NCBI RefSeq assembly: GCF_030696055.1
Contig: NZ_JAUYNP010000046.1
Span: forward strand, 1-59,230
Source of the DNA: Pseudomonas sp.
Lineage (GTDB): Bacteria; Pseudomonadota; Gammaproteobacteria; Pseudomonadales; Pseudomonadaceae
Length of the DNA stretch: 59,230 nucleotides
Direction of reading: 5' to 3'
Below, piece after piece: positions 18,194-27,125 of the stretch; position 1 is the first letter of the stretch; every line of letters begins with the position of its first letter. The notes under the pieces are model-generated. The model was not told where the DNA came from. It saw only the letters and a program-made list of their open reading frames with translations, and made no database searches. The position numbers and the translations under genes were made by a program.

Positions 18194-19066
18194 ATGCCGA
18201 TCGTTCTTGTGACCAACCCAACGCTACGCGGTATTGTGCTGACGTTGCTGTCGGTCGCCTGCTTTGCCAGTCACGACGCCGTGGCCAAGTACCTGGCAGG
18301 CTTGTATCCGATCTTGCTGCTCACCTGGTTCCGCTACCTGTCGCACACGGTGCTGATGGGCGCTGTGCTGCTGCCGAAACATGGCTTGAGCATCCTGCAC
18401 AGCCAACGGCCCTGGTTGCAGTTGGCCCGGGCCCTGGCGCTGCTGGGGGTGAGCCTGTTGTTCGTCACCGGCCTGCGCTATGTGCCCTTGGCTGAGGCCA
18501 CCGCGGTGATCTTCCTGGCGCCGCTGCTGGTTACGCTGCTCTCGGCCACCTTGCTGCGCGAGGCCGTCAGCCTGGCGCAATGGCTGGCGGTAGGGTTGGG
18601 CTTTATCGGCGTGCTGGTGATAGTGCGCCCCGGTGGCGCGCTGTTTACCCCGGACATTCTATGGCCGCTGGGCGCGGCGCTGTGCTTTGCCCTGTACCAG
18701 GTACTCACCCGTCTGAGCGCGCCCCATGACAGCGCCGCCACCAGCAACTTTCTCGCCGGCGCCATCAACCTGCTGCTGGTCAGCCTGTTGATCCCGTTCT
18801 TCTGGCAAACCCCGCACTGGCAGCATCTGTTTGGCCTGCTGAGCCTGGGGGTGATCGGCATGTGCGGCCATCAACTGCTGATCCAGGCGTTCCGCCATGC
18901 CTCGCCGGCGCTACTGGCACCCTTTAGCTATGGTCAGTTGCTGTTTGCCGGTTTGCTCGGTTGGTTGATCTTCGGCCAGGTGCCGGACACCAGAGCGCTT
19001 ATCGGCATGGCCTTGGTCATGCTCGCCGGGCTGGGTATCGCCTATATGCAGCGGCAGAGCAGGTAG
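18194..19066 (+). CDS. DMT/EamA family transporter
   Basis: About ten TM segments; PLAEATAVIFLAPL, GVLVIVRPG, LAPFSY. Confidence 0.88.
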   Translation: MPIVLVTNPTLRGIVLTLLSVACFASHDAVAKYLAGLYPILLLTWFRYLSHTVLMGAVLLPKHGLSILHSQRPWLQLARALALLGVSLLFVTGLRYVPLAEATAVIFLAPLLVTLLSATLLREAVSLAQWLAVGLGFIGVLVIVRPGGALFTPDILWPLGAALCFALYQVLTRLSAPHDSAATSNFLAGAINLLLVSLLIPFFWQTPHWQHLFGLLSLGVIGMCGHQLLIQAFRHASPALLAPFSYGQLLFAGLLGWLIFGQVPDTRALIGMALVMLAGLGIAYMQRQSR

Positions 19067-19082
19067 GGCCATTTATGGTCTT

Positions 19083-19132
19083 CACCCTTCGGGCCGGTTA
19101 AGCCGTCCAGATTCGCTCCCGGCGAATCTGTG
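19083..19132. repeat. Short multi-hairpin intergenic repeat; may also terminate the EamA gene
   Basis: CCCTTCGGG, CGGTTAAGCCG and CAGATTCGC-TCCCG-GCGAATCTG hairpins in series. Confidence 0.45.
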
Positions 19133-19221
19133 TCTTTTAGTGCAGGCTTGGCTGGGGCAGGTCGATAGCGGCCAGCGAGAGCGACAGCCCCCGCCAATCC
19201 TGGGCTACCTTGTGCTGTGCA

Positions 19222-19253
19222 TTTGCATCATTAAGTGCTAGTTTTGATGCAAA
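19222..19253. promoter_or_regulatory. Inverted-repeat operator upstream of the antitoxin (probable autoregulation)
   Basis: TTTGCATCA-N14-TGATGCAAA. Confidence 0.55.
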
Positions 19254-19271
19254 CAGACAGTGGAGGCGGTG

Positions 19272-19640
19272 ATGAGCGCATTGATTAGACCGATTGCCGA
19301 TGCCGATACGGTGCTGGCCAAGGCGCTGCTCAATACCCGCGAGCAGCTCGGCCTGACTCAGCAGGAGCTGGCCGACATAGTGGGCGTGCACCGTACGGCG
19401 ATCTCGCGCTGGGCCGACAGTGGCTTGCGCGTGCAAAGCAAGACCGGTGAGTTGGCCCTGTTGCTGATTCGCGCCTACCGCGCGTTGTTCGCCCTGTTTG
19501 GCGGCAATTTGCCGGATATGCAGCACTTTTTGCGCACGCCGAACCATCATCTGCAGGCCGTGCCGCTGCTGTTGATGATGCAGGTGCAGGGTTTGGTGCG
19601 GGTGGTGCAATACCTCGATGCCATTCGCGGCAAAGGCTGA
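19272..19640 (+). CDS. Xre/MbcA/ParS-type antitoxin
   Basis: N-terminal HTH LGLTQQELADIVGVHRTAISR; C-terminal TPNHHL..VP...GLVRVVQYLDAIRG; upstream of a RES gene. Confidence 0.85.
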   Translation: MSALIRPIADADTVLAKALLNTREQLGLTQQELADIVGVHRTAISRWADSGLRVQSKTGELALLLIRAYRALFALFGGNLPDMQHFLRTPNHHLQAVPLLLMMQVQGLVRVVQYLDAIRGKG

Positions 19641-19737
19641 TCGGACACTGAACAATCACTGCGGCTTTGCGCGTTGGATTCTGCCGCGGCCTGCTGCTGG
19701 CGCTGAGTAAAAAATATTAATAAGGAACACAGTCGCC

Positions 19738-20490
19738 ATGGATATCTGGCAACGCTGCAAGGGCCCGGAACAGATCAAGGCGCTACGGGGGCGCCTGGTC
19801 CGCCTGGTGGAAAGCCAGGCGCAAATCGCCACCATGCAACTGGTCGATAGCCTGGCCGAACAGGCGCTGCTGGAGGAGTTGCTGGAAGGCAGCAAACCGC
19901 CATTGCCGGCCAGTGCCGAGCCGCTGCATTACCTGTTGAAAACCCCATTCCGCTACCCGCCGCTGCACTGGGGCTCGCGTTTCGGCAGCGTCTACGAACC
20001 CAGCCTGTTCTATGGCGCTCTGCGTATCGATACGGCCATGGCCGAGGCGGCCTATTACCGTTTTCTGCTGTGGCAGGGCATGGCCAGTCCGCCACCCAGC
20101 GGGCGCATCCTGTCCGAGCACTGCACCTTCGAGGCGCGTTATCAGGTCGAGCGCGGCATCCAGTTGCAGCACGCGCCTTTCGCGGAGTACCAGGCTGAAC
20201 TCAGTCATGCCAGCGCCTACCAGGCCACCCAGGCCTTGGGCGCGGCCATGCGCGTGGCCGGGGTCGAGGCCTTCGAGTACCGTTCCGCGCGTTGTCCGCT
20301 GGGCGGCAACAACGTCGCGCTGTTCGTGCCCCAGGCTCTGGCGGAAAAGCGCCCACGCAATCTGCTGAGCTGGTTGTGCGAAACCACCGCCGACTATGTC
20401 GCCTTCAAGAATGCCCAGGTGCCGGATACGCCGCGGCTGTTTCGTCAGGAGTTGTTCCTGCGCGATGGGCGCTTGCCGCTACCCGCCTAG
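19738..20490 (+). CDS. RES-domain toxin (NAD+ phosphorylase family)
   Basis: TPFRYPP, GSRFG, AEAAYYR, YRSAR motifs (R, E, S residues). Confidence 0.85.
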   Translation: MDIWQRCKGPEQIKALRGRLVRLVESQAQIATMQLVDSLAEQALLEELLEGSKPPLPASAEPLHYLLKTPFRYPPLHWGSRFGSVYEPSLFYGALRIDTAMAEAAYYRFLLWQGMASPPPSGRILSEHCTFEARYQVERGIQLQHAPFAEYQAELSHASAYQATQALGAAMRVAGVEAFEYRSARCPLGGNNVALFVPQALAEKRPRNLLSWLCETTADYVAFKNAQVPDTPRLFRQELFLRDGRLPLPA

Positions 20491-20746
20491 GCAGGCCTGT
20501 GGAAAATTACTGCGGGCTTCGCGCGCTATGCGGCGTTGCAACAAAATGAAGCCTCTGCAAGCCGCTTGCGGCTAGCGCATTAGCGCGACCCGAAGGGCGA
20601 GTGCAACGAGTCATGCTCATGTACAACTCGTACACTCGGCTCGGGCGTCATGCTTCGCTCTACCTCCTGCATCCTTGCAGTCGTGCGCTTCTTCGGCTGA
20701 CTTCGCCTTGCCTAGCCTTCGCTCGCTACATTTTCCAATGGCCTGC
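20491..20746. mobile_element. Composite MITE-like element with terminal inverted repeats and two nested palindromic inserts
   Basis: TIRs GCAGGCCTGTGGAAAAT / ATTTTCCAATGGCCTGC (15/17 match); core colinear with 1-82; no transposase. Confidence 0.7.
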
Positions 20747-20873
20747 CAGGCAGGCCGCGGGGCTCAGGGTTTTGCGGCTGTTTTTGCCCCGAAAAAGGGC
20801 GGTCGCGCCACCCGCCGGGCAGACTTGTGCACATTTGCGATGCGTCTTGTCAATCTACATTTTGTGATTGACG

Positions 20874-21035
20874 TAAACCCTTGATTCTTCCTGATGATTT
20901 TTTAAGTCAATGAAAAATATGGTTTTTTTAAGCTGGTGAAAAAATCGCCAGTTTGAGGCGAGGCCCCGTGGCGCAGGCGCTCAAGGGGCTTGCGCTCATG
21001 TTATCCACGAAGTTATCCACAGCTTCTGTGGATTA
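20874..21035. promoter_or_regulatory. DnaA-box cluster with IHF and Fis-like sites (DARS/datA-like locus 1)
   Basis: TTATCCACG 21001-21009, TTATCCACA 21013-21021, inverted TGTGGATTA 21027-21035; IHF consensus on the minus strand at 20874-20886. Confidence 0.7.
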
Positions 21036-21272
21036 TCTCAAGCACTCGCTCTAGTCCGCGCCTCGGCGTTTTTTACATGGCGTTAGGCCAGTCGCTAGCG
21101 GCCTCAAGGGGCCTTGTCAGTGCCTGTTCAGGCGCTTGTTGAGTGGTGGCAAGAGCGGCGCTAAAACGCGGTTTTTCACCCCCACGCCACTTGCCAGGGC
21201 GGCTCTTGCCAATCTTTACCTCGGTGAAAAAAGGAGTAGAGTGGCGCGCCTTCCCAGCTACCGCTGCTTCCT

Positions 21273-21677
21273 ATGCCTCGCGCACTCCCACGTATCGCCG
21301 CTCCAGTCCCCGCCGCCGCTCGCGTGCCGATGCGGGTCGCCCTCTGGTTGCTCGACAGCCCACGCCTGGGGCATGCCCCCAGCGTCAAGCGTTTTGCCGG
21401 TGGTCTGCTCAAGCAGCCGGCGCTGCGGGGTGTGGTGCAGGCGCAGAGCCGGCTGGGGCAATTGCTCTGCCGCGACTGCGGCAACCCGCGGGATAGGCGC
21501 ATGGGCTTCGAGCTGCTGCGCCAGGCCGCTCGCGCCGGCGATCTGCGCGCCCAGCTGGAACTGGGCCAGCTCTACAGCCAGCCGCGTAGCAACGAACCGC
21601 AACAGGCCCGGCATTGGCTGGAGCTGGCCGCTGGGCAGGGCTCGCTAGAAGCCGAGCAGCTGCTCAAACAGCTCTGA
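21273..21677 (+). CDS. Sel1-repeat protein
   Basis: AQSRLGQL, QAARAGDLRAQLELGQLY, ARHWLELAAGQG. Confidence 0.8.
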   Translation: MPRALPRIAAPVPAAARVPMRVALWLLDSPRLGHAPSVKRFAGGLLKQPALRGVVQAQSRLGQLLCRDCGNPRDRRMGFELLRQAARAGDLRAQLELGQLYSQPRSNEPQQARHWLELAAGQGSLEAEQLLKQL

Positions 21678-21740
21678 TCCGTCCCTGACCGCTCCGTAGC
21701 GAGCTGGGTATACTCCCGGCATTGTTTTGCGGAGCCGCTT

Positions 21741-23222
21741 ATGCCCATCGATCTGTCCACCGCGTTGGCACCTGCGCTGCTCGGTTTCGCCGTCGCAGCA
21801 CTTCCTCTTCTATATCTAGCCTGGTCGCTGCAGCGCCGCCTGGCCGACCAGCAGCTGGACTTCAGCCTGCTGCAGGAGCGCCTGAGCAATGCGCAACTGG
21901 CCCAGGCCGGGCTGACCGCGCAACTGGATGATTGCCGCGCAGAACTCGCCGAGATCGGCGAGATCAAGGCCGATCAGCAGGCCGAACTGGCCGCGCTGCG
22001 CCGCGAAACCGAGTTGCTGCAACAGGAACGGCAGATCGCCCGCGAAGCCGCCCAGGCCTGGCATGGCCAGCGTGAGCAACAGGAAGGCGAGATCCGCCGC
22101 CTGGATGCTCAGCGCGCCGCACTCAGCGCCGAACTCAAGGAACAGCAGGACAGTCATCAGCAACGCCTGAGCGATCTGCAAGGCTCGCGCGATGAATTGC
22201 GGGCGCAGTTCGCCGAACTGGCCGGGAAGATCTTCGATGAGCGCGAGCAGCGTTTCACTGAGACCAGCCAGCAGCAGCTCGGCCAGTTGCTCGACCCGCT
22301 CAAGGAGCGCATCCAGTCCTTCGAGAAGCGCGTGGAGGAAAGCTACCAGCAGGAAGCCCGCGAGCGCTTCTCCCTGGGCAAGGAGCTGGAGCGCTTGCAG
22401 CAGCTCAATCAGCGCCTGGGCGACGAGGCGACCAACCTGACCCGCGCCCTCAAGGGGCAGAAGACCCAGGGCAACTGGGGCGAGCTGGTGCTGGAACGAG
22501 TGCTGGAGCATGCCGGCCTGGAAAAGGGCCGCGAGTACCAGACCCAGGTCAGCCTGAAGAGCGCCGACGGCGAGCGCTTCCAGCCGGACGTGCTGATCCA
22601 GCTGCCGGGGGACAAGCAAGTGGTGGTGGACGCCAAGGTCAGCCTGACCGCCTACCAGCAGTTTATTGCCGCCGAAGACGAGGCGAGCCGCCAGCTGGCG
22701 CTGAAGCAGCACGTGCTGTCGCTGCGCAACCACCTCAAGGGCTTGTCGCTAAAGGATTACCAACGCCTGGAAGGCCTGCACAGCCTGGACTTCGTCCTGC
22801 TCTTCGTGCCGATCGAAGCGGCCTTCGCCGCCGCCTTGCAGGCCGATCCCGGTCTGTTTCAGGAGGCCTATGAGCAACATATAGTCATCGTCAGCCCGAC
22901 CACGCTGCTGGCCACCCTGCGGGTGATCGACAGCCTGTGGCGCCAGGAGCGGCAGGGCCAGAACGCCCGGGAGATAGCCGAGCGCGCCGGCGCCTTGTAC
23001 GACAAGTTCGTCGCCTTTATCCAGGACCTGGATGAAATGGGCGCGCGCCTGCAGCAGCTGGACAAGGCCTATGCCGGGGCGCGCAACAAGCTGTGCGACG
23101 GCCGCGGCAATATCGTCAGCCGGGTGGAAAACCTCAAGCTGCTCGGCGCCCGCGCCAGCAAGAGCCTGCCCGCCGATCTGCTCGAACGGGCGGCCGGGGT
23201 GATGGCGCTGGATGAAGAGTAG
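21741..23222 (+). CDS. rmuC: DNA recombination protein RmuC
   Basis: N-terminal TM plus coiled coil; QGNWGELVLE, PDVLIQLP, VDAKVSL, FVPIE, SPTTLLATL. Confidence 0.93.
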   Translation: MPIDLSTALAPALLGFAVAALPLLYLAWSLQRRLADQQLDFSLLQERLSNAQLAQAGLTAQLDDCRAELAEIGEIKADQQAELAALRRETELLQQERQIAREAAQAWHGQREQQEGEIRRLDAQRAALSAELKEQQDSHQQRLSDLQGSRDELRAQFAELAGKIFDEREQRFTETSQQQLGQLLDPLKERIQSFEKRVEESYQQEARERFSLGKELERLQQLNQRLGDEATNLTRALKGQKTQGNWGELVLERVLEHAGLEKGREYQTQVSLKSADGERFQPDVLIQLPGDKQVVVDAKVSLTAYQQFIAAEDEASRQLALKQHVLSLRNHLKGLSLKDYQRLEGLHSLDFVLLFVPIEAAFAAALQADPGLFQEAYEQHIVIVSPTTLLATLRVIDSLWRQERQGQNAREIAERAGALYDKFVAFIQDLDEMGARLQQLDKAYAGARNKLCDGRGNIVSRVENLKLLGARASKSLPADLLERAAGVMALDEE

Positions 23223-23319
23223 GTTGGGCTGAGCAAGGCGAAGCCCAACGCGTCCATGCAAGAGGACACGCCCGGTGTTGGGCTTCGCAGGCTCAGCGCC
23301 AACCTACGCGCCAACCTAC
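23219..23319. repeat. REP doublet (REPIN) with a 12-bp tandem duplication
   Basis: GTAGGTTGGGCTGAGC..GCGAAGCCCAAC and an inverted copy at 23277-23307; GCGCCAACCTAC twice. Confidence 0.85.
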
Positions 23320-24203
23320 GCGGTTGCGGCTTTCTCCTGGGCTGCTCGTTGCGCCGCCGGCGAGTGGGCCAGGTAGTCCATAGCCACGCGGATATCGCCT
23401 TCCGTGCGTGGGTGGTAACTGGGGTTGAAGTAGCGCAGCACCGAGCGGCCGATATCGCCCATCCGCGGCAGCAGCCCGCGCTGGCCCAGGTGATACCAGA
23501 GCTTGAGAAAGCCCGGCCGGTAACGGGTGGCCGGGTCCTGGCGCATCATGCTTTTCACCGAGCTGCTGAACAGGAAGATCAGCGCCGCGGTGGCGATCAG
23601 CATAAAGACCCAGCGCATCGGCAGGCTGCCGCCTATATGCATGTGCAGGTCGTGGGCCACGCTGCGGTGCTCGACTTCCTCGGCGCCGTGCCAGCGCAGC
23701 AGGTCGAGCATCACCGGGTCGGCGTGATCCAGGCTGCGGGTGGTGATGATCCAGTCCCCCAGTACGCAGGTGAAGTGCTCCATCGCGGCGATCAGCCCGA
23801 CCCGTTGGCGCAGCCACCAGGGCTGCAGGGCGCGGCTGATGGCGTTGTCGCCCAGGGGGTAGTCGCACAGCAGCTTGTCGAACAGCCAGTGAATCCTCTG
23901 GGTAAAGGGCGTCGGGTCTATGCCGTGGCGCAGCAGATAGGGCGTCAGCGCGCTGTCGTGGGCGCGGGCGTGCTGCGCCTCCTGCTTGACGAAACCCTGC
24001 ACGTCCTCGCGCAACTGTGGGTCTGTGACCAGGGGCAGGGCCTTGTTGTAGACCCGGCAGAACCAGAACTCCTCGGCCGGCAGAATCAGGTGCAGGCTGT
24101 TCATGATATGCGAGGCTTCCGGCTCGTTCGGCACCCAGTGCAGTGGGGTATCGGCGAAGTCGAAGCGCACTTTGCGTTGTTGCAGAGGCTGTTGTTCGCT
24201 CAT
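23316..24203 (-). CDS. Predicted metal-dependent hydrolase (ferritin-like fold)
   Basis: PAEEFWF, QEAQHARAH, EHFT, WHGAEEVEHRSVAHD, PSYHP; RBS GGAG before ATG 24203. Confidence 0.85.
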   Translation of the reverse strand: MSEQQPLQQRKVRFDFADTPLHWVPNEPEASHIMNSLHLILPAEEFWFCRVYNKALPLVTDPQLREDVQGFVKQEAQHARAHDSALTPYLLRHGIDPTPFTQRIHWLFDKLLCDYPLGDNAISRALQPWWLRQRVGLIAAMEHFTCVLGDWIITTRSLDHADPVMLDLLRWHGAEEVEHRSVAHDLHMHIGGSLPMRWVFMLIATAALIFLFSSSVKSMMRQDPATRYRPGFLKLWYHLGQRGLLPRMGDIGRSVLRYFNPSYHPRTEGDIRVAMDYLAHSPAAQRAAQEKAATA

Positions 24204-24217
24204 TTGCATTCTCCTTA

Positions 24218-25996
24218 TCAACCGGCCAGATTCAGGCGTGCCAGCAGCCGCGACAGCCAGGGGGCGAAGCGCCATTGGGCGATGCTCAGGTGGGCCTCGG
24301 CGCCGACAGCCACCACCGCCTGGTTGCGCTGCACGCCGCGGATCAGCTGTTGCGCCACGGTCTCGGCGCTAAGGTTGCGCCGGCTGTACAGGCGCTGGGT
24401 CTTGGCCTGTTGCTTGGCTTCGGCCTCGCTGCTCAGGCCGTTAAAGCGGGTGGCCTGGATGATCCCGGTGTTGACCAGGCCCGGGCAGAGGGCGGTGACG
24501 CCAATGCCGTGGCTGGCCATTTCCGCGCGCAGGCATTCGCTGAGCATCAGCACCGCGGCCTTGCTGGTGGCGTAGGCCGGGTAGTTGCGTGAGGGCACGA
24601 AGGCCGCCGCCGAGGCGGTGTTGACTATATGGCCGCGCTTGCCGGCCTTGATCATCTGCTGGGCGAACAGGCGGCTGCCGTCGATCACGCTCCACAGGTT
24701 GATGCGCAGCAGGCGTTCCCAGTCCGCGTTGCTGGTGTCGAGCATGCTGCCGGCCATGCCGATGCCGGCGTTGTTGACCACTATATCCGGGCAACCCAGC
24801 TCATCTGCCACCCAGTCGGCAAAGGCGGCCATGGCGCTGCTGTCGCCGACGTCCAGCTGATAGGTGAAGGCTTGGCTGCCCAGCGCCCGGGCCAGTTCGG
24901 CGCTGCGTTCGGCGGCGGCCAGGTTGATGTCGGCGGCCAGCACTGTGGCCCCTTGCTCGGCGAACTCCAGCAAGGTGGCTCGACCGATGCCGGAGCCGGC
25001 GCCAGTGACCAGCACCAGTTTGCCGCTATAGGCGCGGGCATCGGCCTTGACCTGGGCCTGCTGCAAGGCGCGGCTGGCTTCGCCGCCACTCAGGTGCTGA
25101 GTGAACTCGCGCAGCCAGGCGGCTAGCTGCTGCGGTTCGGCCAGCAGCTGCCAGTGCCCGGCATTGATTTCGCGCCGCCACAGCCTGGGCGCCCACAGCG
25201 CCAGCTGCTCGAACAGTTGCGGACGCACGAAGCGGTCGCGGCTCGGCACTATCAGCTGCACCGGCACCTGGGTATGGCGCTTGCGCGGCTTGAACAGGCT
25301 GCGGATAAAGTTGGCGCGGTACAGCTTGACCCCGTGCACACCGTCGGAGCGCTGGCTGCTGCTGGGCGGCATATGGCGCAAGCCCTCGACCCGGCGCAGA
25401 AACTGCGGCCAGGCCTGGTCCAGCCCCAACCTCCAGCCAAGCTCCGGCAGCAGCGGGGTATGGAACAGGCCGATATACCAGGAGCTCAGCAGCTGCCCGC
25501 CGACCTGGGCCCAGGCGCGCGGGCGCTTCTGCTTGAGGCGGTCGCGCATCCAGTGGCCGACATGGTCCAGGCAGGGCCCGGAGATGCTGGTGTAGGAGGC
25601 CAGCAGCGGCTGGATGCGTGGCTCGGTCACCGCTTCCCAGGCCTGGATCGAGCCCCAGTCGTGGGCCACCAGGTGCACCGGCTGTTCGGGGCTGGTGGCC
25701 TTGATCACCGCTTCCAGGTCATTGGCCAGTTTTTCCAGCTGATAGTCCAGGCGCTTACGAGGGATATCGGAGCTGCCTGCGCCGCGCACGTCGTAGGCGA
25801 TGATCTGGTAGTCGGCGGCGAGCTCGCGTACCAGTGGCAGCCAGATCTCATGGCTGTCCGGGTAGCCGTGCACCAGCAGCAGGGTCGGCCCGCTGTTATT
25901 GCCCCAGCGGTACACCGCCAGCTCCACGCCATCGCCCTGCACCCGCAGTTGCTGCGCCTGCAGGGCATCGCTCTCCAGCAGCAGCGGCGCGTTCAT
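24218..25996 (-). CDS. EphD-like alpha/beta-hydrolase-SDR fusion
   Basis: HGYPD and AHDWG in the N-domain; TGAGSGIG, NNAG, YATSK in the SDR domain. Confidence 0.88.
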   Translation of the reverse strand: MNAPLLLESDALQAQQLRVQGDGVELAVYRWGNNSGPTLLLVHGYPDSHEIWLPLVRELAADYQIIAYDVRGAGSSDIPRKRLDYQLEKLANDLEAVIKATSPEQPVHLVAHDWGSIQAWEAVTEPRIQPLLASYTSISGPCLDHVGHWMRDRLKQKRPRAWAQVGGQLLSSWYIGLFHTPLLPELGWRLGLDQAWPQFLRRVEGLRHMPPSSSQRSDGVHGVKLYRANFIRSLFKPRKRHTQVPVQLIVPSRDRFVRPQLFEQLALWAPRLWRREINAGHWQLLAEPQQLAAWLREFTQHLSGGEASRALQQAQVKADARAYSGKLVLVTGAGSGIGRATLLEFAEQGATVLAADINLAAAERSAELARALGSQAFTYQLDVGDSSAMAAFADWVADELGCPDIVVNNAGIGMAGSMLDTSNADWERLLRINLWSVIDGSRLFAQQMIKAGKRGHIVNTASAAAFVPSRNYPAYATSKAAVLMLSECLRAEMASHGIGVTALCPGLVNTGIIQATRFNGLSSEAEAKQQAKTQRLYSRRNLSAETVAQQLIRGVQRNQAVVAVGAEAHLSIAQWRFAPWLSRLLARLNLAG

Positions 25997-26868
25997 GCCG
26001 CCACCTGCGGGGCGCACAGGCCGCGTTGCTGCCAGCGCCGTACATGGGGCAGGTCGTCGTCCAGCCAGTAGGCGTCGTCTGCTGTGACCACCAGCAGCTC
26101 TTCGAACTTGGCGCCCACGCCGCGCCAACCCAGGTGCGGCTCCACCGCCCAGAGGCCCGGCGTGGGCGCGTGGTCGGAACGGCTATTGCTCGACCACAGC
26201 GGCGACCAGCCGTCGCGGCGGCCGGTGAGCAGGGCGTTGCGGGTCAGGGTAAGGATATTGCGCAGGCCGAAGCGGGCGATGGACAGGCCGCTGTCGCGTT
26301 CGCCGAGTTTCTCCACCCGGTGCGCCAGCACCTCGAAGGGATAGGCCTTGTGCCGCGGCAGCGTGCCTTGTTCGGCGCACAGGCGATCCACCGCCTGGCT
26401 GACCTTGGCCAGGGGGCGGCGCTGTTTGACCAGCTCGACTATCAGCTCCCGGTGCGCCATCAGGTCGTCCAGCAGGCGTTCGACCAGCAGGTTCTCGCCC
26501 AAGGCGCCGCTGTAGCCAATATCCGCGGTGTAGGCGCCCAGGGTCGGCGCGCAGTCGAGGATATAGGGCATGCCTTCTTCCAGCACCGTCTTGCCCGGAT
26601 AGAAGGCCAGGTTGAAGCCGCCCAGGTGACGCAGGCCATCGAAGCCCTCGAACGCGGTGCGCGGGCCGAACCAGGCGAAGGGCTGATGGAACCAGTCGTG
26701 CACGCCGTGATCCTGCAGCCAGGTCTTCATCAGCGTGGCGGCTTGCTTCTCGCTGATGCCGGGCTTGAGTTCGCCGGCTATGCATTGGGCGCACTGGTAG
26801 GCCAGGCGCTGCACGGCGCGAAACTGTTCGAGGTCATGGTCGCTGAGTGGGGTGGGGCTGGCAGGCAT
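25993..26868 (-). CDS. M24 family metallopeptidase-like protein
   Basis: GISEKQAA, LDCAP....ADIG, AH, AVEPH, KFEE ligand pattern. Confidence 0.8.
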   Translation of the reverse strand: MPASPTPLSDHDLEQFRAVQRLAYQCAQCIAGELKPGISEKQAATLMKTWLQDHGVHDWFHQPFAWFGPRTAFEGFDGLRHLGGFNLAFYPGKTVLEEGMPYILDCAPTLGAYTADIGYSGALGENLLVERLLDDLMAHRELIVELVKQRRPLAKVSQAVDRLCAEQGTLPRHKAYPFEVLAHRVEKLGERDSGLSIARFGLRNILTLTRNALLTGRRDGWSPLWSSNSRSDHAPTPGLWAVEPHLGWRGVGAKFEELLVVTADDAYWLDDDLPHVRRWQQRGLCAPQVAA

Positions 26869-26898
26869 TGAAATTCTCCAGGCTGTCACGGCTGACTG

Positions 26899-26916
26899 TT
26901 ACATCGGTTGATGTAA
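26899..26916. promoter_or_regulatory. Palindromic operator between the divergent M24 and MerR genes
   Basis: TTACATC-GGTT-GATGTAA. Confidence 0.6.
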
Positions 26917-27125
26917 TGGTCATTGTTGTGTGCCTGGGCGTTGCTGCCTAGCTATTCGGGGCGCGGCCTCGGCTCGTTGTTACGCTGTTACTGAGAGTGA
27001 TATAGCCGCTCTATATCGGGGCTTGTGCGCTAATAAAGGCGTTTGCTGGGCGGTGCACCAAGCAAAGTCCAGCCCTTGGTTGGGGCGGTTGTTGCCGGTG
27101 CGCAGGGGCGGCTATGATCGCCGCC

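Noticed and set aside
20601-20884. Small ORFs inside the MITE and the AT-rich region
   Set aside because: They run through repeat and protein-binding sequence and show no coding signal.
20874-21035. DnaA-box cluster as the chromosomal origin
   Set aside because: No dnaA, dnaN, rpmH or gidA nearby, only three boxes, and no clear unwinding-element repeats.
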